A stretch of DNA of 64,000 nt from Lama guanicoe (taxonomy: Eukaryota), in the NCBI GenBank assembly GCA_013239625.1, contig MU053934.1, positions 5,040,399 through 5,104,398 of the forward strand, written 5' to 3'. Under the pieces are notes generated by a model. The model saw only the letters and a program-made list of their open reading frames with translations, made no database searches and was not told the origin of the DNA. Within the stretch, counting starts at the first letter, position 1. The number at the start of each line of letters is the position of its first letter. Shown piece after piece: positions 56,001-64,000 of this stretch. The position numbers and the translations under genes are program-made.

Positions 56001-57656
56001 AGGCCCTGTTCCTCAGCCTGGCCTCCTGTCAGAGGCATGGAGATGTATTCCGAGTGGGAAGCACCTCTCCAAGCTCTTCTCCAGCCTCGTAAAATGAGTG
56101 GGAGAGTGAGGAGCCCGCCCCGGCCCACGGCTCTGCTCCTGCCTCTCAGGAAGTTGCTGCCCTGGCTCCCTTCTCCCCGCAGCCACATTCCTCCCTGCTG
56201 CAGAATCCAAGATTGATTTCCTTACCTGCCCACCCCCCCCCCCGGAGGAGGAACTCGGCATCTGCTCAGAAGGCCAAGCAAATAAAAGGAGCCGCTAAGG
56301 AGTGGAAGTGGGGCCGGTCGTCCACTGCAGCAGTGTGAGAAGGGCGGGACGCAGCGGGCATGACTTCAGCAGGGCCACACCAGAGGCAGCCTCCACGCCT
56401 GGAAGGTGACCCAAGCCCCTGGAGCCTTGGTGCCCTGGGGGCACAGCCGTCCAGCTCCCCACCCAGCTACTGGAAGTTCTAAGTGCTGTCAGCGCGGCCT
56501 CCGAGGAGGCTCAGCTGGACTTGCAGCAGGTCCCAAGGACCGAGTCCAGTCCGGCCTGGATGAGGTGGTGGTTAATGGGGCAGGGCAGGACCAGGGCTCT
56601 GTTCAGGCCTGTTCAGTGTCCCTCTTGCTAATGGCCCAGGAGAGGAGGCAGACACCACCCTAGTTAAATTCACAGCCAAGGTGATACAGGAAGGTGGTGT
56701 GAGCACTAGGGAGAGGACCTTGGCGGATGGAGAGAAACCAGCAGGAAATGTCAGCAGCGTCCAGCGCTCCAGGAGGCTGTGGTCACCACCCAACACCTCA
56801 CAGCAGAGCGGGACACTTTGTATCTGCCTCTGCCTCACGGCTTCCCCCTCCCTCCCACTGTGGTCTGAGAGCTGGAATCCAGCCAGTCTCCACTAAGGAT
56901 TGTAAAGGAAGTGGAAACAGATGGAGGGGGCCAGGGAAGAGGAGAACTGTGCTTCCCTGGCTTGGAGAAGAACAGCTTTCTCCTCCTTCTTTCCTCTCAG
57001 TGAAGTGTGTTCCCTCCTCCACTTCCACCTTCCCCACGAAGCCACGTGATCTGTGCCTCGGTGCTGGCCCGCCTGGCCCTCAGGTAGCCTAGTGAGCCCT
57101 TCCCAAGGCACAGGCTTTTCCTCTTCAACCTGGTGCCTGAGTGCTGGGAGGAGGGGAGATGGGGCTTGGCAGACCGAGCGCTGGGGCTGGCCGGCCCTTG
57201 GAGCCGGTGGCCGGCTGTCCCTGCTGTAAGATAGGGTTGAGGTGCCTCCTCGTGGCATGGCCACCCAAGGATTACCAACAGTGACTATGGTTGCACTTTG
57301 TAAGCTGTGAAGCTGCCTGTGGTGTTAGCTACTGGTGAGCTGCCTCTTGGCAAGATGTGTAGATATTGATTTGGGGGTCTGGATCCTCCTCCTCCCCTGC
57401 AGAGGTCAGGAGATGGCAGATCCCTCGATGTGCCAGCCAGTGGTGGTCTTGCTAAGGCTGTTGGGGCAGGGAGAATCTTTCCTTTTGCTTTCCTGGGGAC
57501 CCTACTGACCTGGTTTCCAGGTTAGCAGCTTAGGAGGGAGATAGTGACCCCAGAACTCAAATTTGAGGTGTGGGTGGTGCACAGAAAAGGGGCTGGGGGC
57601 CAGTCCATTGAGCACTTCACTTACATCCTCCCTTGCCCGTGTCCCTGTCTCCGCAG

Positions 57657-57706
57657 GTAAAACAAGTCCCAGCCCTACCAAGGCCAGCAATTGCGTGATT
57701 TCCTGA
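57657..57706 (+). CDS. FAM83F: FAM83F terminal coding exon (G-KTSPSPTKASNCVIS*), CaaX prenylation motif
   Basis: Polypyrimidine tract + ccgcag acceptor; phase 1 matches exon 4; ends CVIS-TGA as in recalled human FAM83F. Confidence 0.94.
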
Positions 57707-60535
57707 GCCAAGGGCTAGCTGTCGGCAGGACCTGTGGGTGCCCCTGTTCCATCCTGTGGAGAACACAGGTCAAAGCCCGCACCAGTTTGCACATCGGACC
57801 CCTACTGGCCTTCTGCCCCAGCAGCCTCCATTCTGGCCTCAGGGACCTTGAATCCCAGATGTGAGGGTCTGCAGCATCCCAAGATTGTCACATGCCTCCA
57901 CAAGACTGTCGTGGCTGGGCAGGGGTCACCCCTTGTTTACATGAAGTGGAAGCTTGACCAGTGTCCTCTCTCCTTTATGCCCAGCACCACCCCCTGCTGC
58001 AGGCCCCCAGACCGGGAGAGCCCATGTCTTCATACCTTAATGTGAAATGTGATGGGTCTCCAGGGCAGCCCCCACCCCTGACTTCCCCTTCCCTGGGCTT
58101 CCTGGTGCTGCTGGTCCCCCAAGAGGTTTGGTGGAACAGAAGGAAGAGGACAGGGCTCTGAGCCAGGGTTCCAGTCTCGCTCTGTCCTCTGAACTCAAGG
58201 CAGAAGAAGCAGTGAGGACAGCCAGGGGACTGGCTGCTGTGGCCTTCCTGGCCTGTCCCTGCAGGCTTCTGCACTAGACTCTGGATGGAGTGAGGGGAAG
58301 GCCTCGCCGCAGCCAGCGGCAGAATTTGACCCGGCCGTGGTGAGAGCCCAGTACTGAGGTCTCCTTTCCCTCTCCCAGCACCGTCCTGGCAGGCTCTGCC
58401 CCGAGTGAACCAGGCCTTCTTGGCTGCTGCCTGCTGCAAGCCAGTGATCTGGAGGTTCTTCTAGTGCCTTTACCTGACGTGGCTCCCTACCTCTAGTGCC
58501 TTGATTTGCAGCCCAAAGCAGGGAGAGAGCGCCTGGCTGATGTCCCATGGTGTGGGAGGCTGGGCCCTGTCGCCAGAACCGTTTGCCCTTCCCCCACCCC
58601 AGAGATGGCCCTCTGTCCCCTTTGCCAGCCAAGACTCATGTGCCTTCTCTAGTTACATTTCAGTCGAAGACCAGCTGTGACCTCCTACCAAAGTCAGACT
58701 GTATTGAGGAGCCTCAGTTTCCTGAAAGGGCCTGGCCTAACTGACACAAAGACCAGCCTAACCGTGCACACTGTTCCTTCCCTTGTGTGACAGGAACGGG
58801 GGATGGATCTGCAGAGAGACTTCTCAAGTGGACAACAGAGAAACCGCCAAACTGCAGGCTCTGTGGCCAGCCCTGCCTCAGGCCAGGTGCTGGCGGATCA
58901 GAGCCGCTGGGGAGCCCAGGGCTGGAGTGCCTGGGGGAGCACCCGGCTCAGCCTCTCTCAGCCTCCTACTCCAGAACCAAACTCTTGGTCCTCCTGTCTT
59001 TCCTTCTGCAAAACCCCGGGGCACCAGCAGCACCTTGAGGAGGGGCCCAGGTGTCTGCTGGCACCTGATATGGGAGGAGCAAAGGGAGTACTGAGCATCC
59101 TCTGAGATGAGCCCGGCCTCCCTGGTGGGGGAGAGGGGCAGGGAAAGGAAGGGTGCACCTGTCCTGGGGGGCGAGGGGCCCTGACCCACCTCCCTGAGCT
59201 TCTGTGAGGATTTAACACTTCCTGGGAAGTGCTTCCTTGTGCACCAAGGCCTGGCGATGTGGCCCTGCTTGTTCTGGTGGGGAGGAGTGGAAAACGAAGT
59301 TGGGGGTTACACCTCAGCTCAGTGCTGGGGGAGAGAGGTCACCCTTGGTGAGGAGAGTGGACCTGTGGGGACAAGGGAGGAGGCAGAGGAGGGGACCAGC
59401 TCCTCAGCAATTCTGCCAAGGGCTGCTGATGCCTCCCCTGTGAGAGAAGCAGGCTACTGAGGCCCTTTCGCGCCTCCTGATCCAAAGCAGGCCCTGCTCC
59501 CCCATCCCCTGCCCTGATGGCCGGAGGATCCAGACTGGAGATTCCAAGTCACTGCAGCCTTGAGCCAGGCCGTCTTTCCAGCCCCAGGTTCTCCCTGAGC
59601 CAATGTGGGGTTATTCGCACTCTCTTCATAGAAACAAAGCAGGTGGGAGATCCTATGAAGAGGAGGCTACACAGTGTCGTGGGACAACTGCCGGCCTGGG
59701 AGGCAGGGCACCTCCCCCCTCCACCAGGGGCTCTGCTCATCTGCTCATACCAGGTGACCTCTGACCCCCTCCAGCTCTAAGATGCTTAGGAAGAGACAAT
59801 AATCCAATAATCTTGGACTGAAGATCTTGAAGTCCTAAAATGCAGCTCCTAATGTTTGCTTGTCTGCCCAAGCTCCAGCCCACTCCGTTCTGCCTCCTGA
59901 CTTCTCAGTTTTTGGTCCGTGTGCCCTCTGTTCCAGCACTTGCTTGTACTTTGTGAAATATTCTCTCTCATCAAATCTCAAGGGGACATCTGGCCTTCCC
60001 AGCTGGATGGCAAGTTCAAGGGTGGATCATGCCCTTGGTCCCTCTGCAGCTGCTCCCACCGGGCTGGTAATGTCAGAAGGGCTCCGGGAGGAACAGGAAT
60101 GAAATAGTGCTCCAGGTGTGAGGCCTGGCTTCGCTTCCCACACCTCACCTGCACCGCCAAGCTGCCCACTTTCCGAGTCCGGCCCTTGTAGGTTGAAGGC
60201 CAACAACTGGCATAGCTCCTTAGGAGGGTGACCTTGGATGAGCAGAGGCACTTGAGGGCTGAGACCCTGGGGCTGCTGTCCCCCAGACCCTGCCCCACAA
60301 GAGCAGGAAGCACCAGACTCCGCGCAGAGCTGGGAGGCTTTCCCTTTAGATTTGGCAAAAATGTCCCAGCCTCCTTCATTAGAGGTCCCTGGGGTGTGGT
60401 TAGCCCTAGGCCTGATCCTTGAGACAGCCTCTGCTAACAGCACCACCCTGTGCCCGTATGGAGCTGAGCAGAAAGGCTAGATGGAAAAGGATGCCTTCAG
60501 ATGTGGAAGAAAGTGGCTAGGGGCGGGGGGGGGGG

Positions 60536-60578
60536 NNNNNNNNNNNNNNNNNNNNNNNNNNNNNNNNNNNNNNNNNNN
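60536..60578. other. Assembly gap (43 N) between poly-G tracts
   Basis: Run of N. Confidence 0.99.
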
Positions 60579-60889
60579 ATTGGCTAGGGGCGGGGGGGGG
60601 GCCTGGCTGTGATGCTTTTCTCTTTCTAACCTACTGAGCGCCTACTGTATGCCAGTCACCGTGCTGGATGCTTCAGTCATCTGCAGGTTTCAAACTAAAA
60701 AGCTCAGGAAAAAGCCCTTTATTTACAGAGTTAACCAAAAGTTTTCCTGTATATCTGGAGATTGAGCCTCACAAAGTCATGTGATGAGCAGCTCAGGTCT
60801 TACTGCCCCATTTTTCAGACGAGGGAGTACATTGTTCTCCCCAAATCCCACAGCACGTAAAATGCAGATCTGAGCCCGCTCCCCCAGCT

Positions 60890-61100
60890 CAGGGCTTCCT
60901 GTCTTCAGCGCCAGTGACACTTTGGACACAAAATTCCCTGTTGGGGGACAGGCTGTCCTACACGTGGTAGGATGTTTAGCGGCACCCCGGCCTCTATCCA
61001 CTAACTGCCAGCAGCACCCCTTCCGCTGAGACAACCAAAAATGTCCCCAAAGTTGCCAAATGTCTCTGGAGGTTAGAATCTCCCTGGCTGAGAAAGACAG
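60890..61100 (-). mobile_element. MER20 (hAT-Charlie), opposite orientation
   Basis: taggatgtttagcggcaccccggcctctatccacta...gacaaccaaaaatgtc...ttgccaaatgtc. Confidence 0.8.
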
Positions 61101-63779
61101 CTCTCTGCTTTAAGCCCTGAAGGCCTACAGGCTGCTTCTCCGAGGTGCTTTCATGTGCAGACCTCCTGTAAAACAGACCTTTGATGGAACACTTTGACCC
61201 AGAGAGGCTGGCTGGCTCAGCCAAGATTTTGCTTCCTGTGACGGACACAACAGCGTCTTCCATCTCAGTTCTAGTTCCCTTGTTGAGCTCCTCCCCGCCT
61301 TGCAGTCCCCAGAACAGGTGTGTGCACCTGCACACAGCTGTCTTACCCTACTCGGTGCCCTGCCACCTTTGCTCCCAATCTGTTCCCCTTCCTTCATTCT
61401 CAGTGACATCCTGCACAGAGAGCAGCATGGGACAAACCTGTGCCAGCCCAGCAGTGTCCTCACCTTAAAAGGCAGCCAGGCTGACAGCAGAGAGACTTCC
61501 ACACTCCACAGTGCAGGTCAGGTGGGGACTGCTACCTAGAGTGTCACAACCATGTTCTGAGTGAAGCCCCTAAGCAGCTAATTCGCCCTGCCCTGCACTC
61601 TGGATGTAGCCGATCACCTGGCCATGTGCCAGTCATTCCTCCCTGCCTGGAGGCCCCAGCGGCTGTCACTGGCATCGTCTGCACGGCTGTTTCAGCAGCT
61701 GGAGGTTTGGTGCAGAACAGGCACCCTGGGCCCAGCAAGCTGAGCCAGACCAGGGTTAAGAGGATGTGCACCCTAGGAAAGGTTGAGAAGCAGCAGGTGC
61801 AGATGTTCTCAGGGAGAGCCATCACTGAATCAGCCAGAAGGCTTTGAAAGGTTAGGCAGGTCTGATCTCACTCCTCCCCTGCGAAGCTTCTGCCCTCCCA
61901 GCTACGAGCCAAGGGAGGCCCTGCTGCCCACTACCCGCTCCGGCAGCACCTGCAGCTGCCCTGCACCAGAGGTACCCATTCTGCGTCTGGGGAACAGACA
62001 CTGTCTTTCTGCCTCACTGTCGTATCCACAGTATCTGCTCCATAATGATTTGTTAAATGATTGGACACTTGACAGCCATTTGATACAGCGAATCAGACAG
62101 GTTAATCGATGTAGGTCATGTCAGATGCTCTGGAATTGATCGTGACCCTTTCAGTCTTGTTCCTGGCTTCTGAGATGTGCAAAGGCAGGACAGGATTCTA
62201 CTCTCTTCTATTTAATGTTTTAAGGACTGCGTTTATCAAAAGTCCTTCCTAATCAAATCCTTTCTTCTGAGAGGGCTTCTTTCACATGTATCCTTAGTGG
62301 ACTGTCTCATTTCCCATTTGCCCCAGGCTGGGCAGGCCCAGGTCTCCAGGCCTCTCTGGCTTCTCAGGGATGACCCTGTCTACATGCTTCTTTTAAAGCC
62401 TAACACAAAAGCAGGGGGCAGGAGATGGGCCTTGAGGTGAGGAAATGTATCCAAAGTCATCCAACAAGGCATAGGAAGGGCTAGAACCTGGTTATCCGGA
62501 CCCTCCTAGAACACTCATGGCATCAGGTAGTCTCTCCAAGTGACAGCCATATGGAGACAAGTTTTCATCAGAAAAGTGGCTAGAAGTTAGGCATTGTCTG
62601 CAGCCACTAAAAAGCAGCTCCAGGAACAGATGTCCACATCGCAGGAGACTAGCTAGGACCTGGTACGGAAGCCAGCAAGTGTGCAGGGAGCCTGGAGGAG
62701 GAAGGGAGGAAAGCAAGAACAGGCAGCGTGCCCGCAGAATCCACGGTCCTCAGGGCTCCAGCAAGGAAAAGGCTCACCCACCCTGTGCTAAGAACCAAGA
62801 ACCGTGCCTGGTGGGTCTCACTTCCTGAGTGCAGCTTGGACTCCCAGGTTAGTCTCCTGGAGGGTCTTGGAAGGTGGGAGATGGAACAGAGAAAGGCACT
62901 TCACTGCAGTACTTGGAAGGCTTTATTGATTTGTTTATTCAATCAATATTTACTGTGCTGTAGGCATAGTAATGAACAGTGAGCGAGGAAGGCCCTCACG
63001 GATTTAGGGCAGCGTCGGGGCATCCTGCTTGCTGCAGTCCGAGCTGAGGCTTAGGGGAGAGAGAGGACAGTCTGCAGAACGAGCAGGCTCATGATGAATT
63101 CCCCACTCCGCCTCATATTAACTGAGTGACCCAGCAAACTGCTCCACATCCAGCAAAGTAAAATGGGGGTAATCTTGGTACTGCTCTCCAGAAGCCGAAG
63201 GGAGTGAGGCCTTCAGCACAGTGGCTGACATGGAGGAGGGGCCCTGTAACCCGCAGGGCCTCTGGCAGCGTTACACTGGGGTTCATCACTTCCCTCCTGG
63301 GACATTCTCTCCTGGATTCTGTCCCCTGCGCCCTCCCTGAATAATTACCCCTATCACATTGAGTAGCTGGCACTCAGAGCTAAATGCTCAGCCACCTAGA
63401 AGAAGTTTCAAGGCACAGGTTTTGAGGAAAGAGAAAACAATAACAGGCGGGGAAAAGTTCCCTATGCTGCTTGGGAGCAGCTCTGCTCAGCAGGGCCCGA
63501 GTCCCCTGGTGCGTGCCCACATCCACCCTCACTCCCGCTCCACCTCAGCTCTGTGGGTTTGCTCCTTGTGACCACAGACGAGGGCCACTGTCTTACCTAC
63601 TTGTGCAGAAGTCCCACAACTTTTCTTGATTGATAGTTCTGGGTAAAACAATTTTCCTTTGTCTGGAGATTCCTTCATATATAACACAAATTAAACCCAA
63701 ATCAATGAAACAGCATGTCAGAAAAGCTTGCCGACCTGTGCCAAGCCACCGGTCTTCCGGAGCCAGTCCTGAACCCTCC

Positions 63780-64000
63780 GTGTGGCTCCAGACCCTGCCC
63801 GGCTTTCTTCCAGCCTTTCACGCTCACTCGCGGGCCGGGACTTGGGCCGGCGTCTTCCCGGCAGCCCCGGAGGGGCGGTGAGTCCTCCAGCAGCGCGCGG
63901 GGCTGAGAGCACGGCGGGGAGAGGCTGCCACCTTGCGGCCGCTCGCAGCGCCTCTCTTTCCTCCTCAGGGTAAGCGTGAGAAGGCAGAGGCCAGGGGTCG
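63780..64000 (+). promoter_or_regulatory. CpG-rich segment with GC box, CTCF-like motif and a splice donor (AGG|gtaagc at 63970); possible first exon of the next gene
   Basis: Abrupt rise in CpG density, GGGGCGG box, donor consensus; truncated by the window edge. Confidence 0.5.
63925..63938 (-). promoter_or_regulatory. CTCF-like motif (CCGCAAGGTGGCAG on the minus strand)
   Basis: Close match to the CTCF core, in CpG-rich context. Confidence 0.55.

Overview
Mammalian genomic DNA, most likely a camelid (alpaca/camel), judged from three Vic-1-type tRNA-derived SINEs. It holds two spliced + strand genes. (1) GRAP2/GADS: the last six coding exons (3766-14645), with the start-codon exon upstream of the window and a likely poly(A) signal at 16838. 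(2) FAM83F: complete 5-exon CDS (33339-57706, 506 aa by my splice reconstruction, ending in the CaaX motif CVIS) starting in a CpG island. A second CpG-rich segment at the right edge may be the start of the next gene (TNRC6B by recalled human synteny, unproven here). The rest is intron/intergenic DNA with old L1, L2, MIR, MLT and hAT (MER) repeats, microsatellites and two N gaps. Nearly all of the long ORF track is non-coding noise. I found no evidence of a new multi-gene biological system. The best leads are small-scale: a frame-required GC-AG intron and a pure (GCC)8 poly-Ala tract in FAM83F, a competing in-frame donor in GRAP2, a convergent CTCF motif pair, a lymphoid TF motif cluster, a MER53 copy carrying a miR-1302-like sequence, and a nested L1-in-MER63A insertion. 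Gene and repeat identities come from my recall of known sequences, not from searches.
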